A stretch of DNA of 64,000 bases, from positions 7,713 to 71,712 of the forward strand of contig CAZBQX010000005.1 in NCBI GenBank assembly GCA_964494155.1. The letters are read 5' to 3'. Made by a program: the position numbers and the translations under genes. The DNA is from an uncultured Syntrophales bacterium. GTDB lineage: Bacteria; Desulfobacterota; Syntrophia; Syntrophales; JAAYKM01. Within the stretch, counting starts at the first letter, position 1, and the number at the start of each line of letters is the position of its first letter. Below, in pieces: positions 1 through 9,063 of the stretch. A model generated the notes under the pieces. The model worked only from the letters and a program-made list of their open reading frames with translations, was not told the origin of the DNA and did not search any database.

Positions 1-794
1 GGGAACCAGGATATGCGCATTTTCAGATATAAAAGCCAATTCGCTTCCAGTGCTGCAAGGGAAAGTCCTGTCGCCCTGCGAAGCGCGCCTTCGGTGTCGC
101 CATGACGGCTGTAGTCCAGGAGAAAGCGATGAAAGGCGTCCCGCCCGATACGATTAATTAAAAAGGAGATAAACATGAAACTCTCTGCGTAAGCAAGTTG
201 CGCCCGCTCGTTTTCGGAGGGAAACGCGGTCGTCAATTGCCGGAGCGGGATCAGTCGGCCTGTCAGAACGCCCCGCACCAACACCGCCGTACGGGAAAGA
301 TCCCATTCCCGCGCCTGGTACATCGCAAGACCCTCGGCAAGCCATAAAGGTCCCGTTTGTCCAGGTAAAGTTTGCCCCAGGGCGATATGACTGAACTCGT
401 GTGCAAAGGTTTCGACGACATCCGGATGGCCTGTCTTTACGGAAAAGGGGGAGCGCAGGATCATCAGGTTTTGCTCCGGATAGGCAACGCCGGCAGCCCA
501 CAGAGGAATTCGCGCTCCTGCGGGTTGGAGCTTCTGGAAGGATTCAATGGTGGGGGCTATCAATACGATGGTTTTCCCCGGGAAATCATGGCCCGTGTCG
601 CGGATGATCGCTTGACGGATCTTTTCGATTTCATGAATCAGACGTGCCGCGATTTTTTCATCCTGAGTGGTAAAGGTGAGGATGAAATGCTCCGTCTGCC
701 TGCTGAGGAATGTTTCAGCCCCGGCGTTTGATGGGAGGATTCCTCCCCAGAGGAGGATCAAGGCAGTCAGTAGGAACCGGTACATCTTGCTCAT
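1..794 (-). CDS. Secreted zinc metallopeptidase, peptidase-MA-like (N-terminal part only; C-terminus lies beyond the window start)
   Basis: Absent from the ORF track because no stop codon falls inside the window. Translating the minus strand from the ATG at 794 gives MSKMYRFLLTALILLWGGILPSNAGAETF..., a signal-peptide-like start, and the frame stays open to position 1. It contains HExxH (FAHEFSHIALG) followed by LAEGLAMY, a gluzincin-type third-ligand Glu context. Confidence 0.55.
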   Translation of the reverse strand, partial: MSKMYRFLLTALILLWGGILPSNAGAETFLSRQTEHFILTFTTQDEKIAARLIHEIEKIRQAIIRDTGHDFPGKTIVLIAPTIESFQKLQPAGARIPLWAAGVAYPEQNLMILRSPFSVKTGHPDVVETFAHEFSHIALGQTLPGQTGPLWLAEGLAMYQAREWDLSRTAVLVRGVLTGRLIPLRQLTTAFPSENERAQLAYAESFMFISFLINRIGRDAFHRFLLDYSRHGDTEGALRRATGLSLAALEANWLLYLKMRISWF

Positions 795-916
795 TCCTGG
801 CCCATGCAACTATAATATACGTAAAGTTTGTAAAGCCAAATCCTGTACACGGCGGAAGCAGGGGGGCTGTGGCCTGTTTTCGGGATGGGGCGGAAGGTTT
901 ATTAAAACGAAACCGA

Positions 917-2110
917 TCAGTTACGCGCCATGAGATGCTTAACTGCTTTTTCCAGACCGTCCAGGGTCAATTCAAACATGGGAAAGATCTGTTCGATGAC
1001 ACCGATGGTCCAAGTGTAATGCCATTCTTCTTCCGCCTGCGGGTTGAGCCACACCGCGTGACGAAACATCGATGCCAGAAATTTCAGCCGCTCAATGCTG
1101 GGGATTGTCTCGCGCTGGTCAAAGTAAATGGCGCCGTTTCTGTGCATGAGCTCTGATGGGGCCATGCTGGCATCGCCGACGATGATCAGCCGCGTCTCCG
1201 GGTCCTTCCGGATGAACTCGTCCACCGGCTCCGGTTTATACCGGCGGTGTGGGTCCGACCAGATGTAAGTATAGATCGAGTTGTGGAAATAGTAAATCTT
1301 CAAATCCTTGAACTGGGAGCGGGCGTAGTTGAAGAGGGTCTGGACAATATCAATGTACGGGTCCATGGACCAGCCGCCGTTGTCGATCATAAGAATGATT
1401 TTCAGGCGGTCAGTCAGACGCCGGTCGAAGACGATTTCCACTTCTCCGGCGTTGCGCATCGTTTCGTAGATCGTTTTATCGACATTGACCACGTCCTTGG
1501 GACCATGGGGGACCATCCGGCGGAGACGCTTGAGGGCTTCCCCCATCTGGGCTTCCGTGATGGGACCGTCGAGTGAATAATCGCGGTAGCGCCGCTCCAT
1601 GGCGACTTTAATAGCGGATTTGCTCCGGGAGAAGCCGCCGACCCGCATACCGCCGGGGTGGTAACCCGAATGACCAACCGGGGAGGTGCCGCCGGTGCCG
1701 ATCCACTTGTTGCCCCCGTGGTGTTCCTCCGTCTGGTCCTTGAGGCGGTCCATAAAATACTGAAGGAGTTCTTCCGGAGTCATCTTTTTGAGTTTTTTTT
1801 CATCAATCCCCAGGGCCGCGGCGATCTCTGCCGGGTTCTTCAGCCATTCCTGAAGGAGCGCCCGGGCCACTTCCGTCAGTTCGACCTCCTGAGGATCCAC
1901 CAAGGGTACACCCTTGAAATGATTGGCAAAGATTTGGTCGTAGAGATCGAAGTAACGTTCGCTCTTTATGAGAATTGAGCGGGCGGCGGTGTAGAAATCC
2001 TCGATGGAGGTGATGAGTCCCATCCGCATGGCCTTATGCAGGCGCAGAAAAGACGTCGGCGTGATCGGAATGCCCCGCTCCCGGAGAGTATAGAAAAACT
2101 GGACAAACAC
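917..2110 (-). CDS. VWA-domain protein of the CoxE-like, MoxR-partner type
   Basis: 397-aa ORF with the N-terminus MFVQFFYTLRERGIPITPTSFLRLHKAM, which I recognise as CoxE-like VWA. It lies 10 nt downstream of a MoxR-type AAA+ ATPase gene, the usual pairing. Confidence 0.7.
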   Translation of the reverse strand: MFVQFFYTLRERGIPITPTSFLRLHKAMRMGLITSIEDFYTAARSILIKSERYFDLYDQIFANHFKGVPLVDPQEVELTEVARALLQEWLKNPAEIAAALGIDEKKLKKMTPEELLQYFMDRLKDQTEEHHGGNKWIGTGGTSPVGHSGYHPGGMRVGGFSRSKSAIKVAMERRYRDYSLDGPITEAQMGEALKRLRRMVPHGPKDVVNVDKTIYETMRNAGEVEIVFDRRLTDRLKIILMIDNGGWSMDPYIDIVQTLFNYARSQFKDLKIYYFHNSIYTYIWSDPHRRYKPEPVDEFIRKDPETRLIIVGDASMAPSELMHRNGAIYFDQRETIPSIERLKFLASMFRHAVWLNPQAEEEWHYTWTIGVIEQIFPMFELTLDGLEKAVKHLMARN

Positions 2111-2120
2111 AGCCGGTCAC

Positions 2121-2969
2121 CTAGAACCGAAGGCGATTGAGCGATTGGGACACGATGCTCATGTCGCCGCTTTTCTTGAACAGGACTCCCAGGTAGGGAA
2201 CGCCCTTCGCCAGCATCTTGGGTTTGAAATCCGGGTCGGCTTTCAGGGCCCGGATCCAGTTGATCAATTCCCGGGTCGCCGGTTTCTTTTCCACCCCCCG
2301 GATGTCCCGCAGGCGGTAGAAGCTTTCGATACAGGCGTTCAGGACCTCCGTACTCTGGTCCGGAAAATGAACCGCCAGGATACGGCGCATCATTTCTGCG
2401 TCCGGAAAGGCAATGTGATGGAAGTTGCACCGCCCCAGGAAGGGGTCCGACAGATCCTTCTTGGCGTTGGAGGTAATGACGATAACCGGCCGGTGTTTGG
2501 CCCGGATCGTTTTATCGATTTCAATGATGTCGAACTGCATCTGATCGAGAACGTCCAGCATGTCGTCCTGAAAGTCCGTATCGGCCTTGTCGATTTCGTC
2601 GATCAAAAGGACGGTTCTCGTATCGGCGGTGAAGGCCTGGCCGATTTTCCCCATCTTGATGTAGGCCTCGATATTGCTGACATCCCGCTTTGAATCGCCG
2701 AAGCGGCTGTCGTTTAACCGGGTCAGTGTGTCGTACTGGTAAAGCGCCTCCAGCAGTTTCATGCTCGACTTGACGTTGAGGACCAGCAGGGGCATTGACA
2801 GACTTTCCGCAATGGCATGGGCGAGCATGGTCTTTCCCGTACCGGGTTCGCCCTTCAAAAGCAGGGGCATTTCGAGGGCCATGGAGATGTTGACGATCTG
2901 GGCCAGTTCGTCATCGAGGACGTATTTCGCCGCTCCGCTGAACGGGGTGTTGGGTTTTTCCTGGAACAT
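2121..2969 (-). CDS. MoxR-like AAA+ ATPase
   Basis: Walker A LLLKGEPGTGKT, Walker B VLLIDEIDKA, and a sensor region VIVITSNAKKDLSDPFLGRC. Both size (282 aa) and the VWA partner fit the MoxR family. Confidence 0.85.
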   Translation of the reverse strand: MFQEKPNTPFSGAAKYVLDDELAQIVNISMALEMPLLLKGEPGTGKTMLAHAIAESLSMPLLVLNVKSSMKLLEALYQYDTLTRLNDSRFGDSKRDVSNIEAYIKMGKIGQAFTADTRTVLLIDEIDKADTDFQDDMLDVLDQMQFDIIEIDKTIRAKHRPVIVITSNAKKDLSDPFLGRCNFHHIAFPDAEMMRRILAVHFPDQSTEVLNACIESFYRLRDIRGVEKKPATRELINWIRALKADPDFKPKMLAKGVPYLGVLFKKSGDMSIVSQSLNRLRF

Positions 2970-3202
2970 GGTAACTCCTTGTATATGTTGTATATATTCG
3001 GTTCTGTAAGATGCTGTTCACGCGGAGGTCAGAGGTGAAACGCGCAATTAGTCAAAAATGTTCCGTGTGCTTCCTGACGTCTCTGGGGTAGCAAAAAACA
3101 CCCGAAAAAGCCACTTTTTTTATGCAGTTACGGTTGATAGAAACAGCCCGGCATGCTTGATGGAAAAGCGGAAGAATGGGGTAAATTCTTCTCTATGGTG
3201 GA

Positions 3203-4546
3203 TCAGAATAAACGGCGCTCCGTCGCTTCTTTCAGGTGAATGAGGGCGTCCGATATCGCGACCGGATAGCTTCCTGTCCCGGTTAAGCGTCGAAGTGACG
3301 GGGGTATGAGGTGTAACTGTTCTTTCGTGCGGCGGGCCAGCTCCCGCAGCGGTTCCGGTTTCTCAAGTCGTTTCCCCCCAGCCATGACTTTTCTGATCAG
3401 GGGGGTGCCGTCCTGGCGTTCCGTTTCCAAACCGATGGTATCGCCGATTATTTGCTTGTCCTGCACGATACGGAAGATCTGCTTGCGTCCCGGGTAGGTC
3501 GCCTTGCCGCTGGACTTTTTCAAGCGTGGTTCTCCGGCATATTCCATCAATTTATAAGCGCATTCCAGGTAGGGGACATCGGCAGAGGTGTCAAGTTTGG
3601 TGCCGATGCCGAAGCCGTCTATCGGGGCACCCTGCATCAGCAGTTCCGCCACACTGTACTCGTCCAGGTTCCCACTGGCAAAAATCTGGATTTCCGGGAA
3701 CCCTTTTTTATCAAGAATGGCCCGAACCTCCTTCGATAGGGTAAGCAGGTCACCGCTGTCGAGGCGGACGGCCCGGACACGGATATTTTTAGGGGACAGC
3801 TTGGCTGCCACAAGGGCTGCCGTTCTGGCGCCCTCGATGGTGTCATAGGTGTCGATTAAAAGGGTCACATTACCGGGATTGGCCTCGGCAAACTTCAGAA
3901 AGGCCGTTTCTTCATCGGAATGTGCCTCGATGTAGGAGTGGGCCATGGTTCCAAATATGGGGATGCCGTAGAGCAATTCGGCAGGAACCGTGGCGGTGCC
4001 GATAAACCCGGCCATGTAGCAGGCCCGGGCGGCCAGAAGCCCTGCCTCGGCGCCGTGGGCTCGACGCAGGCCGAAATCGATCAAACTGGCCCGCCCCCGA
4101 GCCGCCAGGATACAGCGGGCGGCCTTGGTGGCGATCAGGGTTTCAAAGTGCAGAAAGTTAATCAGACGTGTTTCGATCAACTGGGCCACCGGCAGGGGGG
4201 CGGTGATGCGCAGAAGGGGTTCATTGGGGAAAAAAACCGTGCCCTCCGGCAGGCCGTGGACGTCACCGTTAAAACGCAGTGCCCGGAGATAATCGATGAG
4301 GGCGGAAGAAAAGCGTTTGGTTTCATCCAGATAACGCAATTCCTCTTCCGTAAAGGCTAGGTTCTCCAGAAAGCCAAGGCAGGATTCCAGCCCCGCTGCA
4401 ACGAGAAAAGAGCGATTTTCCGGCATCTGGCGGATATAGAACTCAAACACGGCCTCACCGTGAAGTCCCTCCTCTATATAACCCTGGAGCATCGTGAGCT
4501 GATAGAGGTCGGTCAGAAGCGGACTCTTTAGAATATCCATGTTCAA
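3203..4546 (-). CDS. pncB: Nicotinate phosphoribosyltransferase
   Basis: 447 aa. LLTDLYQLTMLQGY at the N-terminus and the GTMAHSYIEAH motif are typical of NAPRTase. A 4-nt overlap links it to the upstream nicotinamidase gene. Confidence 0.85.
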   Translation of the reverse strand: MNMDILKSPLLTDLYQLTMLQGYIEEGLHGEAVFEFYIRQMPENRSFLVAAGLESCLGFLENLAFTEEELRYLDETKRFSSALIDYLRALRFNGDVHGLPEGTVFFPNEPLLRITAPLPVAQLIETRLINFLHFETLIATKAARCILAARGRASLIDFGLRRAHGAEAGLLAARACYMAGFIGTATVPAELLYGIPIFGTMAHSYIEAHSDEETAFLKFAEANPGNVTLLIDTYDTIEGARTAALVAAKLSPKNIRVRAVRLDSGDLLTLSKEVRAILDKKGFPEIQIFASGNLDEYSVAELLMQGAPIDGFGIGTKLDTSADVPYLECAYKLMEYAGEPRLKKSSGKATYPGRKQIFRIVQDKQIIGDTIGLETERQDGTPLIRKVMAGGKRLEKPEPLRELARRTKEQLHLIPPSLRRLTGTGSYPVAISDALIHLKEATERRLF

Positions 4547-5214
4547 GCCTCAACCGCATCCGATTTAACCATTTCCGCACCCCGGGCGGTCATGTTCGCG
4601 AGAGCCCGGTCACCGTCACCGGGATGGACGTTTACGGCATAGACTGCATCCGTTAGAACCACGACGGCATAACCCGCATTGCGTAAATCCAGCGCCGTGT
4701 TCAGGACACAATAGTCGGTGGCCAGACCGCCGATCCAAACCCGTTTGGTATTCGATTGCTCAAGCCATGTCTGAAGCGTCAGCCCCGAATCGCTTTTCGC
4801 GTGAAAAGCCGAGTACTCCTCACGGGTTTTATCCGTCGCCTTGGAAAAGATGACCGCTGTCGCAGGCATGATTAATTCGGGCGAAAATGCTGCGTCGGCC
4901 GTGCCGGCGACGCCGTGGGCCGTCCAGGGTCCGCCCTGTTCCTGAAAGGAGATGTGATCGGGAGGATGCCAGTCTCGCGAGAAGGCAATGGGAAGGCCCT
5001 TCCGCTCAAATATCCGGATCATCCGGTTGATGGGTGCGATAATGCGATTGCTGCCGGCAATGCCGAGCTTGCCTCCCGGAAGAAAGCAGTTCTGCATATC
5101 CACGGCCACCAGGGCGTCACCCGTCTGCAAACGATATCGCTCTCCCATGCCATCCTCCTTAAAAAAGTTTGGGTTATGTGGATCATCATAAAGGGAAAAC
5201 CGCCGTGATTTCAA
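4543..5214 (-). CDS. pncA: Nicotinamidase (isochorismatase-fold hydrolase)
   Basis: DALVAVDMQNCF (catalytic Asp context), WPPDHISF, and GGLATDYCV (catalytic Cys context). Translationally coupled to pncB. Confidence 0.8.
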   Translation of the reverse strand: MKSRRFSLYDDPHNPNFFKEDGMGERYRLQTGDALVAVDMQNCFLPGGKLGIAGSNRIIAPINRMIRIFERKGLPIAFSRDWHPPDHISFQEQGGPWTAHGVAGTADAAFSPELIMPATAVIFSKATDKTREEYSAFHAKSDSGLTLQTWLEQSNTKRVWIGGLATDYCVLNTALDLRNAGYAVVVLTDAVYAVNVHPGDGDRALANMTARGAEMVKSDAVEA

Positions 5215-5261
5215 GAGGAATATGCGTTATCACCCCATGGTCTTCCGCTATGGTGTCCGGG

Positions 5262-6296
5262 CTATTCGTTTTCCTTGTGTTCCGTTTTTGTCGAAATGGC
5301 TTCCCGGTGCAGCCGGCTGACGAGGTCTGGGAAAATCGCCTTTTCTTCCCGCCAGGTATAAATCAAGAGATCGACGTTCATTTTACTCAAGCGGCTCCAG
5401 ACCTCCGCTTCCGGAGGTGCGGGCACGGCCAGAAAAAGTCGCGTTCGGTGAGGGATATTCAGACTCTGGAGTAAAAGCTGGGTTACACCCTCCTGAAGGC
5501 TTATCGGCAGGGTATCTGTTTTGACGTGAAAAATGGTGCGAATCCGGTCCTCGTTATCGACAAGGTACAGATCACGAAAAGGGTCGTTCCCGACCCGGAA
5601 GCCTGCAGTCTTTAAGGTATGGTAGAGATCCCGGATAACAATCCCCTGATCGCACAAACCCGCCATGTCCCGGAAAAAATCACCTTGCCTGTTGCCTGTC
5701 CATTCCTCGCGGAAGGAGACTTCTGCGAAGGACAGAATGGTCTGGGGCGACGCGGTATTGGCTTCCGCTTTGATGTGTCCGATTTTATGCACGAAGTGCG
5801 CGAGCTGGCGGGGGAATCGCTCCGATTTCAAAAGCCCGATTACCGCCACAACGGTTTCCTGATCGCCGTCGTCCATCAAAGCCCAGACACCGCGATAATG
5901 ACTGTCGAAAAGCGACTTTCCGATGCCTTTCCGTCCACCGCCGATCTTACCCCGGTGGACAACAAAAATCTGGCCCCGCCGATCCCGGGCAAAAGCCCCT
6001 CCTATGCGCCGGTCGATGCCGCCGACGGGGAAATTAATCTCGCATGAGGCTGCCAGGAAACTTCCGGGAAGAGGTTTCCCTATACCGAAGGCGTGATTGT
6101 AGGGTGAGGCTTTCCCCTTCTCGTGGGCCATCCAGATGCCGAGGTTCTCCGACCAGAGGACCTGCGAGGCGCTGCTGGCGCCGAGGTGTCCCAGACGTAC
6201 CTGGATCTTTTCAACCATGAGCGCCTTCAACCTCCGGACAAAGAGGTTCCGGTATTTACGGACAGGATCTGCCTCAGTGATAATTTTAAGAAACAT
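5262..6296 (-). CDS. Hypothetical protein; Walker-A-like glycine loop in the N-terminal half and a PD-(D/E)xK-like core in the C-terminal half
   Basis: 344-aa ORF in the same orientation as its neighbours, 12 nt downstream of the second ABC-2 permease. It has ordinary amino-acid composition. I recognise no family. See the finding for this gene for motif details. Confidence 0.6.
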   Translation of the reverse strand: MFLKIITEADPVRKYRNLFVRRLKALMVEKIQVRLGHLGASSASQVLWSENLGIWMAHEKGKASPYNHAFGIGKPLPGSFLAASCEINFPVGGIDRRIGGAFARDRRGQIFVVHRGKIGGGRKGIGKSLFDSHYRGVWALMDDGDQETVVAVIGLLKSERFPRQLAHFVHKIGHIKAEANTASPQTILSFAEVSFREEWTGNRQGDFFRDMAGLCDQGIVIRDLYHTLKTAGFRVGNDPFRDLYLVDNEDRIRTIFHVKTDTLPISLQEGVTQLLLQSLNIPHRTRLFLAVPAPPEAEVWSRLSKMNVDLLIYTWREEKAIFPDLVSRLHREAISTKTEHKENE

Positions 6297-6308
6297 CGTT
6301 ATGTCACC

Positions 6309-7436
6309 TCAATCCAGTCTCTTGCGGAAAAAACCCACGGCCCCTGAAAAGACGACGATACCGAGCAGAGACAGAGCCAAATACTGGGGCCAGAGCACGT
6401 CCAATCCCACACCCTTAAGGAAGAGACCACGAATAATAACCAGGAAATACCGCATGGGATTAAGATAAGTCAGCCATTGCACGAATTCGGGCATGTTGGC
6501 AATAGGAAAAACGAAGCCGCTCAGCATGAAAAAGGGGAGGAGGAAAAAGAAAGTCGTCATCACCGCCTGCTGCTGGGTGGATGAGACGGTGGAGATGAAG
6601 AGTCCGATGCCCAGGGTGCTGAGCAGGAACAGGCAAGAGGCGAAAAACAGAGCGGCAATACTTCCTTCCAGGGGGATCTGAAACCATAAAACGGCAAAAA
6701 TGGTGACAACGGCCATCTGGGCTAAGGAGATGAGGATGTAAGGAATGGTTTTACCCACGATGAATTCAAAAGGCGTCAGCGGCGTCACGATGAGCTGCTC
6801 CAAGGTTCCCGTTTCCTTTTCCCTGATGATGGCGATGGATGTCAGCAGCAGTGAGATGACCATGATAATCACGGCAACGATGCCGGGAACAAAAAAATAC
6901 TGGCTGTCCAGGTTCGGGTTATACCAGGTCCGGATCCGGGGATCGATCCGGCCGTACCGGACGGCATGGGGGTGAAGTTCATGCAGCAGGGTGTTGTTAA
7001 TCTGCTGCAAAACCGCAACCGCATAGGAAACCCGGATTGAGGCCATATTGCTCATACTGCCGTCCGCGATCAACTGAACCGCGGCACTTTTCCCCTGTTT
7101 CATTCTTTCGCTCAGATCCGGTCCGATTTTGAGTACCAGATCCGCTTCTCCTCGGATCATCAGGGGTTCGATATCATGGTCGTGATGGAGAAACCGGGTT
7201 ATGCTGAAGATGCCGTTTCCCCGAAAGGTTTCGACGATCAGGCGGCTTTCACGGGTTCGTGCTTCATCCAGAACGGCCATGCGGATATGCCGGATGTCGT
7301 AGTTGACGACATAGCCGAAGATCAGAATCTGAATCAGGGGCGCCACGATGAGAATCGGCCGGATCTTTTTGTCCCGGAAGAGTTGAATAAATTCCTTGCG
7401 GACGAGTTCGCGAATACGAATCCGGTCGATCTTCAA
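6309..7436 (-). CDS. ABC-2 type transporter permease (YbhR/YbhS/YhhJ-like)
   Basis: 375 aa. Topology is one N-terminal TM helix, a large extracytoplasmic loop, then five C-terminal TM helices. Contains the family-typical IREKETGTLEQLIVTPL segment. Confidence 0.85.
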   Translation of the reverse strand: MKIDRIRIRELVRKEFIQLFRDKKIRPILIVAPLIQILIFGYVVNYDIRHIRMAVLDEARTRESRLIVETFRGNGIFSITRFLHHDHDIEPLMIRGEADLVLKIGPDLSERMKQGKSAAVQLIADGSMSNMASIRVSYAVAVLQQINNTLLHELHPHAVRYGRIDPRIRTWYNPNLDSQYFFVPGIVAVIIMVISLLLTSIAIIREKETGTLEQLIVTPLTPFEFIVGKTIPYILISLAQMAVVTIFAVLWFQIPLEGSIAALFFASCLFLLSTLGIGLFISTVSSTQQQAVMTTFFFLLPFFMLSGFVFPIANMPEFVQWLTYLNPMRYFLVIIRGLFLKGVGLDVLWPQYLALSLLGIVVFSGAVGFFRKRLD

Positions 7437-7437
7437 A

Positions 7438-8571
7438 TCAGAGCCCTTCCTTTCTCAACTGGAGCCAGTTGGCCATCAGGAGGGTTAGGAACATGACAGT
7501 CAGGACGGCAAAGGAGACCCAGAGCTGTAAAAAATTAAGATTTTTCAGATAGATTCCCGTTAAGATATCAATGTAGTAGGTGGCCGGAACAAAATGGGTC
7601 AGGCCTTGCAGGATCGCCGGCATGTTTGAAACGGGAAAGACGAAATTGGACAGTAAAAGCGATGGCAGATAGGTTATAAGGAGCGCGATCTGGTTGGCGA
7701 CCAGTTGTGATTTCGTCAAGAGGGAAATCAGAAGCCCCAGAGTCAAGGCGACGGCCAGGTACAAAGACGATGCCGCCATCATGAGCCAGAAACTTGATTT
7801 CATGACGATGCCAAACAGGATCTGGGCCATGAGAATGGCCGCCAGGACATCCGTCAGGCCGATCAGAAAATAGGGTATGGCCTTCCCCATAAGAAATTCC
7901 CCGGCGGAAAGAGGCAGGGCACGGATCGTCTCCATGGTTCCGTTCTCGTATTCCCGGGCGATGACCAGCGAGGTCAGCATGGCACCGACAATCATGATGA
8001 TGACCGCGATGATGCCGGGGATGATGAAATTCCGGCTCTCAAGGTCTTCGTTGAACCAGATACGGATACGTCCTTCAACAGGTTGTGCGAGGGTGTTTTT
8101 CCCCTGTCGATTCAGGAATAAGCCAAGCCTTTCCTGATTATACCGATCAAAAAAGGCGGTGACGTAGGCCCGGGCGATGTTCGAGAAATTCGGATCGCTG
8201 CCGTCCAGTAGCAACTGAATGGCTGTTTCCCGCTCATGTTTTATCCCCGCCGTTAAGCCCGCGGGGATAATCACCGCCAGGGTGGCATCGCCCCGATCCA
8301 AGGCTTCTCCCGCAACTTTCGTGTCCGGCAGAATAGTCCGAACCGTGAAATAAGTGGATGCATCCAACCGGCGGATAAGGTCGCGGGTCAGGGCGGTCCG
8401 GTCGTGATCGACAACGACCGTGGCAATCCGGTCCACATCAAGACTCAGGGCGTATCCGAACAACAGGATCAAAAGGAGCGGAATGGCGAAGGCCAGATAA
8501 AGACTCCGGAAATCCCTGACCAGATGATAAAATTCCTTGCGCGCGACAGCCTGGATCCTTCGCCGATTCAA
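7438..8571 (-). CDS. ABC-2 type transporter permease (YbhS/YbhR-like), TTG start
   Basis: 377 aa, paralogous to the neighbouring permease with the same topology (AREYENGTMETIRALPL segment). Only 1 nt separates it from the downstream permease. Confidence 0.85.
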   Translation of the reverse strand: MNRRRIQAVARKEFYHLVRDFRSLYLAFAIPLLLILLFGYALSLDVDRIATVVVDHDRTALTRDLIRRLDASTYFTVRTILPDTKVAGEALDRGDATLAVIIPAGLTAGIKHERETAIQLLLDGSDPNFSNIARAYVTAFFDRYNQERLGLFLNRQGKNTLAQPVEGRIRIWFNEDLESRNFIIPGIIAVIIMIVGAMLTSLVIAREYENGTMETIRALPLSAGEFLMGKAIPYFLIGLTDVLAAILMAQILFGIVMKSSFWLMMAASSLYLAVALTLGLLISLLTKSQLVANQIALLITYLPSLLLSNFVFPVSNMPAILQGLTHFVPATYYIDILTGIYLKNLNFLQLWVSFAVLTVMFLTLLMANWLQLRKEGL

Positions 8572-8679
8572 TTTTGTTACCCGAAGATTGCCGTTGATAA
8601 ACGCCCCGTCGGTGTGGTGACCGGAGAGGCGTTCAAATCAGGTTTGGTTTTTCTTCTTGGAGTAGCGAGAAGAAGGTCC

Positions 8680-8793
8680 TTATTTTTTTGCGGAATCGGC
8701 CGCGTTTTCCGTTTGTTTGGTCTTGGGGCGTGTTTTGCCGTGGGTGCCCCGCCAGATTTTACCTCGTTTCGAACGTTGATCCCCTTTTCCCAT
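8680..8793 (-). CDS. 30S ribosomal protein bTHX (Thx)
   Basis: Below the ORF-track size cut-off. The minus strand reads GGAGGAAGCAGC-ATG, then [37 protein letters not shown], then a stop (37 codons). The [22 protein letters not shown] core matches my memory of Thermus Thx and Pfam Thx. The Shine-Dalgarno is strong. Confidence 0.7.
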   Translation of the reverse strand: MGKGDQRSKRGKIWRGTHGKTRPKTKQTENAADSAKK

Positions 8794-9063
8794 GCTGCTT
8801 CCTCCTTAATAATATGATTGACTTTTTTCGGAAACGCATTACATTGGCCCCAATCGTTTCCTCAAGTTCATCGCATCTTTTGCCGATGGTATGGGGTGTA
8901 TCTATCAAAGAATGGACCGGATGGAAAGCCGAAAGATCAACACGATCATCAAAGGACGCAAAATTATTGATCAGTTTACTTTTTCGTAAGCGCGGCCCTC
9001 TGGTGGTTGTCTTACAGTCCTGTCTGTCGGTGTTGGGATGGTTTTCTCTGCGGAGGGAAGCGC

